From assembly GCA_020137815.1 (NCBI GenBank), contig CM035362.1, positions 4,712,001-4,776,000 of the forward strand: a stretch of DNA of 64,000 bases. The letters run 5' to 3'. A program made the translations under genes and the position numbers. This document shows, one piece after another, positions 1 through 13,237 of this stretch. Under the pieces are notes generated by a model that was not told the origin of the DNA, ran no database searches, and saw only the letters and a program-made list of their open reading frames with translations. The number at the start of each line of letters is the position of its first letter. Positions within the stretch are counted from its first letter, which is position 1. The DNA comes from Hormiphora californensis. Lineage: Eukaryota; Animalia; Ctenophora.

Positions 1-267
1 ATGATACTTTTTATTTCAGTCAGATTTGCTAAGTGTTTTCTTAAGTTTTACAATCTGGTTCACCAATTTATATGTGAATTGCAAGTTACATAAATTGCTC
101 ATTTTTATTAATCTCCCAAAGTTAACTAATCCCTTATTAATTTCAATTCTCTTCGCTAAATTTACTAATCACTAATTAATTACAAATTTTTTTTATATTT
201 ACTAATCACTAACCACTAATTAATTTCCTATAGCAAGTTTCAAGTTTCCAATCCCATCAACACCATC

Positions 268-1000
268 ATGCCTATGAAGAGAGTTGTCTGTGTGTTCCTT
301 CTCATCGCCACAGTTATGCATTTCTCAAACGCCAAAAGGTGAATAGTTATCTATTTAATTGTTTAATCAATTATTCAATTAACCAATATTTTGCAATCAG
401 TTAATTATATAACTAATTATTCTCTATCCAAACACATACCTAATATCACGTACCTTTCCAGTGTGTTGACAGCAGAAGATGATATGGTAGTTGAGAGGTC
501 TGCAGAGGAAATGATCAACACAGCAGAAGACAACATGCACCTGGAAGAAGAGGAATTGATAGGTAATTAAATAATCAGATAATTAGTTAATAATTAAATA
601 ATTAGATTAAACAGCTGGTGCAGCTGCATGCATGGATGGTCAGCAAAATTAAAATTTTAATTTCAAACCCAGACACACCCACACCAGCAGTCTCTAACCA
701 AAGCCCCTTAACTAACCCATGTCTATTTTTAACCAGTTAGAAGGGTTAGGACCGCATCCGAGCTGCATCTCGTTTCTGCCAACTAGTGTTTTTATTTTTA
801 ACCATTTTCTCTCTAGGTTCCCATGGTAACCCGACTATTTCTCTCTAGGTTCCCATGGTAACCCTTCTATTTCTCTCTCTAGGTTCCCATGGTAACCCGA
901 CTATTTCTCTCTAGGTTCCCATGGTAACCCTTCTATTTCTCTCCTAGGTTCTGATATCAAGATGAGCCCAAACGAAAACATGTGGGCCGGACGAAAGTAA
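268..1000 (+). CDS. Secreted amidated peptide (neuropeptide-like) precursor, 3 exons (268-338, 462-562, 948-1000), 74 aa
   Basis: Phase-consistent GT-AG splicing gives MPMKRVVCVFLLIATVMHFSNA-KSVLTAEDDMVVERSAEEMINTAEDNMHLEEEELIGSDIKMSPNENMWAGRK*: hydrophobic signal peptide, acidic spacer, C-terminal Gly-Arg-Lys amidation/cleavage signal directly before the stop. Confidence 0.85.
805..947 (+). repeat. Tandem ~32-bp repeat (4 units) duplicating the 3' splice acceptor of peptide-gene exon 3
   Basis: (ttctctctag gttcccatggtaaccc gact/ttct at) x4, followed by ctcctag|gttctg, the acceptor that keeps the frame. Confidence 0.9.
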
Positions 1001-1190
1001 AGACTCCACTCCTGTTACTTTTAGTATTAGCCCCCCTCCTTCTGATCATCTCCTCCAGTTGAATACTTACTCAACAAAGTATAACCGATATCAAGAGCTC
1101 GATTAGTTCCCCACACACTCTCTCAGTAAAATGCGACTATCATAATATGAGCAAAAACATGTATCTGATCTCTTTCTCTTTGATCATAGT

Positions 1191-1298
1191 CAGAAACCGA
1201 CCGAATCAGGAAATACTGGTCCCTGATTGGCTGATAACCAGTCACGTGACCTAAATAACGAATCTGATTGGTTGTTTACTTGTTTCGGTCGGTTCCTG
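1191..1298. mobile_element. ~108-bp hAT-type MITE (family A), copy 1
   Basis: TIRs cag(g/a)aaccgaccgaa...ttcggtcggttcctg; perfect 8-bp TSD atcatagt (1183-1190 / 1299-1306); three copies in window. Confidence 0.9.
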
Positions 1299-2557
1299 AT
1301 CATAGTATAGTTGGTTTCTGAGCTAGTTTTTGATCGGCTGAGCGATCTTCCAGCTGTGTCACACACATTAGAGTTAAAAAAGACATTTTCTTTCTGATAT
1401 ATGAATATATCTAGGGTTCATTTTAGAGGTGCGATGACATCTGGCATCACACATTGAAAGCCAATATATATAGCTGATCTATATAGATTTTCTTTCATCT
1501 GCCCCTAATTCTCTAACTGGCGCCAAAATGTTTTTGTGAAGTTGTGTCACATTTTAAGTTTTTAACCCCTATATACACATGATGAGCGTGTTAACATGGT
1601 TACCATGGTTACCACAGGTTACCATGGTTCCCCACTATAACATATGAACACAGGCCCCAGAACAAAAGGCTTTTTACAGCGTGCAATGATATAGTGTGTG
1701 TGATGTGTGTGCTTTTTTCTGTAAATTGTCCCCCTCTAAGTTATAATGGTGTTAGAATTGTGATTTTTTGCCTATATATATTACTCAATTAGTAACTCTC
1801 TTTTTTGAACAACTATTACACGTGTTTGCCAACGTGCAATATATGTATGTTAGTATATTTGAATATATATTTGATCTTGTATAATGTTATTCATCACGTG
1901 ATCTGATCTGTGTGAGTTAATACCATCTGTCTGGGACAGTTTGGCCCGCACATGATAAGAGATACTATATGGCCCATGATATCTAGTTTTCCTAATATAA
2001 CAAGAGTATATTCTAGTTGCAATAGTGCGTATAGCTTCCATCAGACACTCATCCATGCGGTGTTTTATTCAGAACTATGGCACGAGAATTGAACGGTGGA
2101 ATAGTAGCGGTTAAATGCAAATAATTCTATACCATTTCTCTCTCTCGTCCCCCTCTTCTCTAAAGGATAAAATACTACCCTGCGATGATTCGGAGAGGGA
2201 TGATCAGAGACAATGATATGAGTGGTATTGCACTTTCATCTCACAAATATAATACCTGTGGTACTACAATAATATCTCTGTGCATTTATCAGTGGTACTA
2301 CAATAATATCTCTCTGTTCATTTATCAGTGGATTGGATTCCGTAGAAGAAGACCACTATTATATATCTGTGTTTTGAGTGACAAAAAGTTCTGAATTTAT
2401 GTCCGCGCTCTAAGCTTCTAGTTTAATACTATGCCACATTCTTTATTCTCTATATATATATAATTGACACAGTATTATTGGTCCCAAGATATTGTTTCTT
2501 GTTCACTTGTTTTATCATTCTTTCTTTTACAACGGCAAATATGTGACTTTTTTTCGT

Positions 2558-2666
2558 CAGGAACCGACCGAATCAGGAAATACTGGTCCCTGATTGGCTG
2601 ATAACCAGTCACGTGACCTAAATAACGAGTTCTGATTGGTTGTTTACTTGTTTCGGTCGGTTCCTG
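2558..2666. mobile_element. hAT-type MITE family A, copy 2
   Basis: Same TIRs and internal sequence as 1191-1298; 8-bp TSD with 1 mismatch (tttttcgt/gttttcgt). Confidence 0.9.
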
Positions 2667-3038
2667 GTTTTCGTTTAATATAATTGACACTGTCAATGAC
2701 AGAAAATAAACTGCTGCCATGCCTGCTGAGCAGCCACACGGTGAAAAAACAGGTAAGGTCTGTGAGTGTGACGTTGTTGCATGATGTCACATGTAAATTA
2801 CAAGGCAGATAAGTTTAGTTGCGTGTGACGTTTTCGTTTAACGATGATCAGAAAATAATCTGCTGAACAGCAGCTTCCTAGCCATGGCTTGCGTGCACGC
2901 GGTGAATAGGAAATCAGGTACCCGGTGATATGTGACGTATAAGTAAAATTAAAAAGCAGTTTAGCTGCATGTGACGTGTAATACCTAGCTGTATACTAGT
3001 GACTGACGGACTGATCGAAGGTAGCGCCCAATCTTTAA

Positions 3039-3920
3039 CCCTTTGGAGACGATTGGGTCACAGGTGACCCAGTACTTTGAACCCATTTAGCGTCTTTATA
3101 GATCATGTTTGAAAGTTTTAAGTTGTTTCCAGGGTTGAAACATACATTTTTCTACCATTTTGAGGTCGTTTTGAGCCTCTGAAGTTGTCGACTTCGGAAA
3201 ACAGGTCTAAAACAGTGCATTTGGTAGGCAAAATGGGTAGTTTAATGGCCATATCTCAAAATTGGTACGAGTATGCTTAAAATGGACTTGGAAAATGCAA
3301 GAAAAGTGTGTATTTTACCCCGGGGTAAAGTTTCAGGGTGATATTACAAATTTTGTGCCTCTCAGAGGCCTTCAAAGTGCTGGGTCACCTGTGACCCAAT
3401 CGTCCCCTAACGCTAAAACAGAAATTTGCATTTTACGAGCATTTCTAAAGGAAAGGCTGTCGATAAATGTCTAAAACGGCATTTTTTAAACAGGTGCTAG
3501 CGACTAACCGACTCCATTATTGTTATCTCAACATCATAGGGAGTCCATGAAAAATTTTTTGAGATCCGTGCTCCTTCATAAAATTTTTCATCTCGGCCAA
3601 TTTTGAAATTCTAAAATCGGCTACAGATGAGATAGAGAGGTCCATAGGGTGTGCAAAATGTGCAGAATGGCCGGGTTTATATGAGTGTTATGAAGAAACA
3701 TAGGGCCTAAAATGAGCGGTTTTCGAGTTATGGGGCAAAATAGCTGCGAAATCTCAATTCCTGTTTTAGCGTTAGGGGACGATTGGGTCACAGGTGACCC
3801 AATAGAAATACAGGTGGTAGAACCAAAATTCCTTTTCCTGCGTTCAAGTAGGTTCAAAGTAATTGTCTCCAGGAAGTTTTAGAGAATTCTGTCGATAGGG
3901 GGCTTATCGTCCCCAAAGGG
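3039..3920. mobile_element. Non-autonomous piggyBac-type element (882 bp)
   Basis: TTAA on both sides; TIR ccctttggagacgat / atcgtccccaaaggg; internal repeat gacgattgggtcacaggtgaccca at ~3048, ~3381 (inverted) and ~3778; no transposase ORF. Confidence 0.9.
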
Positions 3921-5974
3921 TTAATAGAGGCATATATAGAGGTAGGCGGGTTGTTCAGAAAACCGACTTATAATATAGGCCGGTATGTGACTTATCGATA
4001 AAAAAGTTACTTCAGTTGGATTCATCGCAAAGAGCACTTCCAGTAAAAGTCTTTACATCATTTATATTGGCCATATACCTAGCTATCAAATTGACAGTAT
4101 GGGACCCGCAGTGTGAATGGCACACACCAAGATCAGTCACATGATATTTAGTTAGTGCAGTGGAATATAGCACGATTCGTACATTGCACGTGTTGTTATG
4201 TTCTAACCCTCCCTTTACATTTGTAAAGGTAGGTGTTTCGAGTGCGGGGCGCCCGAAACACAGTCTAGCCAGGCAATGCACGTGGATCGCATGCGGTATA
4301 TGCCTCCTTAATGACAATGCAAGATTTTGTGATAATATCCTATTCGGATTTCGGATTTGTATTGTCTTATTCTTTTGTAACTCAACAGCTATTCTTCGAT
4401 TTGGGAACGATGGGATTCAACAAAATCCCAGCTCCATGCACTTGCCTTGCTAAAAAGGATTTGAAACAAAACAAACCCACACCAAATGTGAGGGACTTGT
4501 AGAATATGAGAACTTGAAGTTAGACTTGGACTTGTCTTCTAATTTTCAACTATGTATATGTACTATACCTCATACCCTTGTTAAATCAATTGTTGGTCCA
4601 TTCGGCAGTCAAGACGAGTCGAGGTGTCCCCTAAACAATTATTATGTATGCCTTCGACATTCGAGTTTATTATATACGAAACATAATACTGCCCTATTAT
4701 ATATATACTGCGCTGTATCCGGGATCATATACCCATGTTTACCAACAATTCGCCCAATGCAAGCTTTCTCACGTTTCCCAACCTATATAAAAACACGACC
4801 TCGCGATACAATAAGCCTTGTACCGTTCATCGAATATTCCAATGCAACAACAATGGAAACGCTGCTACGCCCAATGATGCTGCTCCTTTATCAAACTATT
4901 TATGCGAATAAAAGCTAGCTCTTTTAACAACCAACAAAGGGGCTTTGTTCGTTTACGTTTCCGCATATCCACTCAGGACCGACGGTGCAACGTCAACTAT
5001 AAAGAGCCGCCCCGCCCCCTCCCACCCACCAGTGCCTTTCCAAACAATAAATGAGTTGTCTAATACCCAACAATAAATGAGCCTTTATGAACAATGAATT
5101 GTCTCCTTGGTTTCTGCTTTGTGCCAGGTCTTTGCTTGTCCCATGGGCGTTTTGAAGTCGTTTATAGATCGTCGTGACGTGTGGAATGGGGCGGTGTGAC
5201 ATGTCTATTGGCAGAGCTATTGAGACAGAAGCTATGAATCTAGGTTTCTACAGTATGCTGCGCTATATTATCTTTGCATTCTTGCGAATTTTGAATATTT
5301 CAATCCTCAGAAACCAGGATGACAAAGGACTAATTTTAAAGCTCTCTATCAATCTATTTTCCTGATAGACAAAGCCATTTAAATTGCAGATCCTATAATT
5401 CACCCTTTGTTATTTTGACCACAGCAAAAATTAGTCAGCCATGGCTTCACAGTTCAACAATCTGAACAATAAGATTTGGTGGTGACCGCGGTTTCTATTT
5501 AATCACTGTTATTATAGTGCCGAGAACCAACCAATCGCGTTGCATGAGTGAATTTCTCTTTTTCTTCTTGTCCAGCTATATCTCATCAAATTCATATCGA
5601 CGTATCACTCTCAGTTCTCTCGTTGCACAACTACTTTTGACAACAACATTTCTATTCCTTTAACACCTATACAACCAGTATAATATTATTAATAGTTTGC
5701 ATAGGTGCTACAACATCTTAGTTAATTATTTAGTGCACTAACTGACACACTGAAGTGACGGTACAGATCTAGACACCTACTTCTTAAATTAATGACGTGG
5801 CGTAATTAGCATCTACTTTAACCCCTTTCCACGTCCTCCCCCTCTCTATCCAGGGTCCAGCTGGTCCCAGCTCCCTCTCCCAATTTACGACATATAGAGC
5901 TCCTATAGGTTAATTGTGGAATATTGTCCCTAGTCTACCAAACTATCCCTCCTAGGTTGTAAAGTTCTCCATCT

Positions 5975-5986
5975 TCTATCTCTATC

Positions 5987-6065
<79 letters not shown>
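5975..6065. repeat. (CT)n microsatellite
   Basis: Direct inspection. Confidence 0.95.
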
Positions 6066-6068
<3 letters not shown>

Positions 6069-6705
6069 CCTTCTTTCAACCCATCTTAATTAGATCCCGT
6101 CCTCTCAAAGGTCATGGATGATAATTGACTGCCTAATTATCTAGTGCTGCAGGGAGCATGTTCCCCCTTTAAAAACACCGTACAGTTCAGTGCAGTTCCA
6201 TACAACAGAGGACAAACTATCCTCTGAGCTCTTGTTGGGGTAGTTGCATTATTCCTCTGAGAGCTGCCTTTGTCCCCCTTTATCTTGGGAGGGAAACTTT
6301 GCCCATTCATGTCGGCCCCCCTAAAAGTTCTCTATACAATGCCCTCTGCAGAATAAATAGAATAAACCACTGTGCTCTGATAGGAGACCCTGGCCAATTA
6401 GATCCAGTTTAAAAACCTACAAAAGGACTGCTATTCAAGAGTCATTTCACTTTTTTGCTATACTAGTTGCAGCCTTGCCGACGTTTCAGTTGTTCGTCCA
6501 AGTCCCTCCACTTGCCTTTCTCTGATAAGGTTTTAAAAACATCGCAACCCTCTTCTAACTTGCCTTGCTCGACCCTGTTCCACCGTGCCCCGGGTTAGAA
6601 CTAATTAAATATATCAGCTAATACATAATTAGGAATAAGAAGGCCAAGTGGTAAAAGACAGCTGTTCGCGGATTTCAACACTTCTCTCAAGATGACCTGT
6701 CCGCC

Positions 6706-9700
6706 ATGACAAGCTCTAGCCTGCTCCTCTTAGCCCTCACGGTAAGTGACACACATATATAATGCCAGGGATTTCCCAAACTCTCTCACAGTTAGTCACA
6801 AGAGGAAAGAACAATCAGAAATCATTCCTGAAAGATTTTCAAACTATTTGCCAAAGAGTCCTTCGCTGTCCAAGAAAAGGACCTGTTTATTCATGATCTA
6901 AATTGGCATTACAATATGCTACAGGCCCCTCTGTATGCAGCGATCAGTGCGATATTCATCGCTCTTCATTGAAGAGTCTTCTTCAATGATCTGAGTGAAC
7001 ACGTGCTGACAATTAAATGTTCCACTAGGTTTCGTCTCTATAATAACACGTGCTCACAATATTCCACTAGGTATCGTCCGTGATGTCTGGTGACATACAG
7101 GGATCAGTTAACTGGGTAAATGAGAACATGTCCCCTGTTGATGATCAGTGGAGCTGTGGATCCTGTTATGGCTTTGCCATGGTGAGTTTTTCTGTTTGTC
7201 ACTAAACCACGGCTTTGCCATGGTGAGTAAAATAAAACTAGAATCCTGTTACGGCTTTGCCTACAAGTCATGAGACTCGCATATTTACCGAACGTTTGAT
7301 GGTCTGGGGGTTAGGGTTTTTGGTCTTTCCAGTTCCAATTTCTCAACCGTCTCTATAATGGTCAACCTTCCCTAAATAAAGAACTAATAGAAACTAACAC
7401 ATCTATCTATCTCCCTCTAAGTCGGCTCTCATAGAGTGGAAGGCATCAAATGTAACGGGTAAACTCAACAAACTATCCAGGCAGTTCATCGTGGACTGTA
7501 TGGGATATGATGGGTGTGCTGGAGGCACTTCTTCTGACGGTAATAATTGCAATCACACACTTTACTACTTTTTACTACTTTGCGATGTTTTGTAGATTCC
7601 TTTCTCTATTGGACCCCTTTTAGAATCTCTCCTTTTTTGGACATCTTTTAGAATCCTTTCTCTTTTGGAAATCTTATAGAATCTCTCCTCTTTTGGACAC
7701 CTTTTTAGATTCCTTTACAACACTTTAGCCAATACAAGATCCCTTTTCCACAACACATCTCTCTCAATTCACAACACATCTCCCTCTCATTTACAGGGTT
7801 CAAGTATCTGATGGCAAACCAATACCAACCCTACGCTGCTGACTACGAATACCTCGGATTTTGTAAGTGGCATGTTGATGAATTCTACACTGTGTAACTG
7901 TGTTTAAACACACAAAACATGTTTCAAATTCTAATAATAAGATCATTAATTGGTTTCTTCAATTAATTATGATTTTTGTTATTATCACCTATTTACAGAT
8001 GATGCGGATCACTGCGCTGAATACGGAGCTGAAGATAAGTCGCTGAGGAATGCTCTATCAGACGTTTGGATCTTGAACTACGATCGAGTTTCTAACATGG
8101 ACTGTAAGTCGACTAAACAAGCCCATATATGTGTGACCTAGGTACCACTCGCTCTACTAAAAGTTTAATGGTTCATCATGGGGGTTGGGGCATGTTCTTT
8201 TTTTGGAGGCATTGGGCACGCATGATTACCACCAATAATAATAACAGATATATCTCAAACTGAGCAATGACCCCCACCTGATCTCTAGGGAGTTCTATAC
8301 ATGGTTACTACCTATATAACATAACACATATTAACACATATATCTCGCTAGGGAGTGGAACAGAAGAAGCGCTGATGCAAGAAGGTCCCGTGGTTGTCAC
8401 TGGCTACATCTCTAAAACATTTATGAGTTATTACGCGCCTACCGGTATGTGGATTCGATAAACTTAACTAATCCTTCATAAAACTTACCATTGCACTAAA
8501 CTACTCCTTAATAATTAAAACTAAAAATTACAGTCAATACACTTAAATCCATTTTAGGATACAATTTATAGCTTCAAGCTTTCTTGATGCAGATCTTCTT
8601 ATTGAAATAACAACATCCAACAGATGGTACGGATCCGTACACAGATGACACATGCACAACAGATCCCAACAGTCACGTGATGCTACTGACGGGATACAAC
8701 TACAATAACGGTAATTGAAATAAAGAACATTACTCCTTGAGAAAACATTCCACTCTGATCAAACTGCTCCTTCATAAAACTAAACATCACACACATTCTG
8801 CAGGTGATCCATACATTACAATAAGGAACAGTTACAGCGAGTATTGGGGAGATGAAGGGTACATCAACTATGCTACGAACGATGCAAACTTCGATTGCAG
8901 ATTCGCTAACAACGCCTACACTGTTCACCTTGCCAAGAGAAAAGGTGAAAAATCAAAACTACTAATAACGTTAAACGTTGCCTGACACTGCATGTGTGAA
9001 CAATTCAAGTTGACATTTCGGGAACTAACATTTCAAACATTTCTACAGAACTTGAGTACAAGATTGGAACTGGAAGATTGAACTACTACGATGCCCAGGC
9101 TTACTGTCAAGGTTTTGATGAAACAACTGGACGAACAGGTATTGATATCCCCATAGCCGGCCCAGAAGACACATTTTGAGTTTGAAATATAAAACAAACA
9201 CTTATTCAAAGTTGACCCTTTTTAACCCTTTTTAATCCTTTTTAACCCTTTTTTAACCAGGATGGGATTTGGCCATTGTTCCCACGCGAATGCACAACAT
9301 GGAGGTATTTGATATGTTTACAGATAAGTATGGTACTGACAAGAAAGGAAACGATCTCTTCAACTATTTCTGGATCGGAATTGAGTAAGTTTTATGAAGG
9401 AGCACCATGGTGATCACCGAGTTTTAACAAGAATCATAAACTGATCAGTATATTCGAATCGGAGTAATGCATAGCTTGCTTCGAGAGATTGATTAACCCC
9501 GTATTTCACTATTCAGTACCGCCAAGTCCAGTTTTACCTGGGTTGATGGATCCGATATAATCTTTGATAATTGGGACTACGCCCAAAAATTCAACTACAA
9601 GTTCGCCGCCATGTACAAGTTCAACACTGATTATGAGATTGAGGAGGCTCGGGGCAAGTGGACTACACTGGCGAAATCGAAGGAGTTGAGGTTTATGTGC

Positions 9701-12700
9701 AGTCGATACCGATACGGTGAGTGCAGTTACCATGACAACAACCATTACAGTGTTACCATGACAACAAAAAGCAGTTTAATTTTGATTTAGAGGTTCATTT
9801 GTTGTAGAATATAGAACTTTGGCTGTTCCAACTCAACTATAACCGGAACTTTTGTGTCAACCTATCATGAAGCTTCAAGTATAAAACTTCCTTCTTTTTC
9901 TGCAGAGACGTGCGAGAGGATATCCCAGACTCAGATTGATAACGCCTTCAGCTTTACCATGTACAACTCATCCAATGAGGAAACCTTGGAAATCGAGGAG
10001 GGAACTGTCGGGGTCTTCACCTGTATGGATGGGTAGGTGCAAGTAGAAAATAGAAACCTCTCTGTCAGAGAACGAGAACAGTGGTCAGAGCATTTGCCTG
10101 ACATAAACCTAGCTTTTATCTAATCATCAAAGTGCTCAATCTGAAAGCAATTCAGTCATTGTTTGAAACCTCAAATCGAAACCTCAAATTGAAACCTCAA
10201 ATTGAACCCTCAAATATCGAAACCTCAAATAATTAAACTTCAAATGGAAACCTCGAATTGAAATTTCAAATATCGAAATTCGAAACCTAAAATCAAAAAC
10301 CCTCATATATCGAAACCTCAAATCAAAAACCTACTGCAGGTATACTCTCTATGGTGATTCTGTGACATGTACGAACGGACAGTGGAGCGCCATGCCTACT
10401 TGCGCCATCGGTAAGTGACCTTCAAACTTGATTTAATTGGATCAATTATGAATTAGCTAATTATCAATTAATTGGATCATATATATTGCACGAGATATTA
10501 TACTCATGGGGCATGAAGAATCACAAACTCAATTTGAAATAGCTGCTTTATTCTACCAGTGTGTGTCAGCCGATTTTGATTTAGCTTTTGCTGTGGATTT
10601 GAAATCTTGAACCAGAAAAAAAGTTTGCTTTGAATCAAAGAAGTGCCCAATTTGTTTTTGCTGACAGCCTATCAAAATGAAATATCAAAGAGCTTGGCAG
10701 TTTTTAAATAAATTATGAAGTCCTCGCTGCCTGTGCATAAATTTCGCTGCACCCCTCACGGGGTGGCTGGGGACCCTGGAATCTCGGGACATGTGGGACA
10801 CGCAGCACCTGGCACAATATCGATGATTCGAGCTGAGACGCTGCAAGTTTGCCCCCAACTTACAAAACTCCTGTTGTAGCCGCGTAACCGTGGAGACAGA
10901 GGGTACTGCAGTGGAGTATTTGAGAGACACTATGGAGAGAAGGAAGATGAGTCAACTATCTGAATCAGAGGAACAAGGACTGGATTGATCGATAAAAGTT
11001 TTGATATCAGTGAAAAATGACACTCAATTCGGAGGATAGTTTGTTTTATGAAGGAGTATTTTACAGAGCCTTCACGTGTTTTTTGTTCCTTGTTTACCCC
11101 ACATTTTTGGAGGCATCCAATTTCCGCAAGCCAATAAAATCCGTGTTTTATTCGTAGCACACCAACACAAACATATAGCATGCCCCCTTTTCTTATCACA
11201 AAACTTCAAATACCCCTTGGCCTTGTCTAACGTCTAACAAAACACAATCTTACCCCATCTAACACACCATGGCCATCTAACGTCTAACTTCTAACACATG
11301 CAGCTCCACCAACGTGCTACATGATGGACAAGAGTGAGATTGAAAACAGCAAAAAACTAAACTACAACTCTGATGATATCGATGAGAATGGGGAACTAGT
11401 GGATGGTGCCGAGGTCCGAATCGTTTGTGCGAGCACGTAAGTTAACTAAACATCATTTATCTCACTTTCATTTTCCATTTCCCATCAGTCCCCTCAGTCC
11501 CCTAACTTCCTCTCTTAACACCCCCTTCCCCCTCCCCCGTCCAGGTATTGGGTAACCTATTGGGAATCAAGCTACAAGCGAATGATCTGCTCGAATGGAA
11601 ATTGGACCAACATCCCCACCTGTGAACAGGGTAAAGTTGAGGAAGTTTAGGTATCACGTGATGTGCCCATATATGGAAGTTTAGGTATCACGTGATGCCC
11701 ATATATGGAAGTTTAGGAAGAATTGTATCACGTGATATATGTCCATATATGGCATGGTTGTTGAAGGTATCACGCAAATTAATTCCTTTACCGAGTGTCG
11801 TGCTCGATGCCAGAGCAAAAGCACAATTAGTTTTTTTTGAAATGTATTATGTTAGAAATGCAGTGGGAATATTTCGGCTGTTGTGTGTTGATGAAAAGTA
11901 AAGTTTGTTGGTGAAAATTTTTTGGTGGCGCATGGTTGTTCAAAGTATTTTCGGTGAAGTATTTTCGGTGAAGTGGCGCATGGTCACGTGATGCCCATAT
12001 ATGGCATCGTTATTCGTTGTTCAAAGCATTTTTGGTGATGAGTGTGATAGGAGTGGCGAAGAAGGTTTTCGACCAGAGTGATCTATTGCACGGTTTTTTG
12101 TGTGATTCTACGAGATAGATAAGCCCATACTTGCTATAAGAATGCATTTGCTGCCATTTAAGGAGGAGCGGAAGTCCCTTTCTCTCATGTAAATATACTC
12201 TTGCTGCCTGATAGTAAAGCACCTTTTCGAGAAGAGGAGACAAAATAATTGAATTTGTTTTAAACCAAACCGCATCTACGAAAATGAAATAACTGCGTTT
12301 TAAACTTGTAAAGGGGTCTTGGAACTTGTCAGCTTGCTCAAAAGTGTTTTGTGTTCTAAATTTATCGCTAGGATAATGTTTAGTTGCCAATCTACCAACA
12401 AAACAGGACCCGACCGAATCAGGAAATACTGCACTGGTCCCCGATTGGCTCATAACCAGTCACGTGACCTAAATAACGAGTTCTGATTGGTTGTTTACTT
12501 GTGTCGGTCGGTTCCTGCAACAAACCAGAGCAAATTGTATTTCGGATGAAGAGAGTTCGTTGAATTTTCTGACTGTCATGGTCTGAAAACCTTGGTTTTA
12601 TGGCGCTTGCCTTTTCAGTTCATGCGTCAAACGCCCTCGAAGGTGACAAAAGTACAGTAGATACACAATTGTTACTGCCTTGGGGTGGCGTCTGGCCTGT

Positions 12701-13100
12701 CTTTTATTTGAGAATAAAATCGGGCAGACAACGCCTGGATATGTCGCAGAGTAATCTGTACTAAAAAGACAGTTGCTGAAACGCCATAGAAACACATATC
12801 AAAACCACGACGTCTGCAGCTTTATCCGAGTCGCTTTGCTAATTTCATGGGTTGTCTTATTATTCTTCTTAGATACTTAGAATCAGTATGACCTGAATCA
12901 ATTAGTTGACCAATCGGCTGTTTTAAACTTTCCCTAACTGTTTGTAGTTAGATCTAGGTGCCCTCTGTCTGGCGCTGCGAACCCATCTGAGAATCTAATC
13001 GGGGTCTGACGCCGCCAAAAAGGATGTGATGGCCTTCTTGATGTGCCATGAATTCTGGCATCTATGCCTGTGGAAAATAACCTCAAATCTGTCAGAACCT

Positions 13101-13164
<64 letters not shown>

Positions 13165-13166
13165 TA

Positions 13167-13237
<71 letters not shown>

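Noticed and set aside
805-947. CRISPR-like repeat/spacer periodicity (also 14421-14537)
   Set aside because: The intervening sequences are copies of each other rather than unique spacers; eukaryotic intron context; no cas genes.
2475-2720. 81-aa ORF containing QEPTETSKQPIRTRYLGHVTG
   Set aside because: Translation of hAT MITE family A.
4012-5365. Cluster of 60-134-aa ORFs
   Set aside because: No recognisable motifs or consistent splice structure; likely non-coding or decayed repeat.
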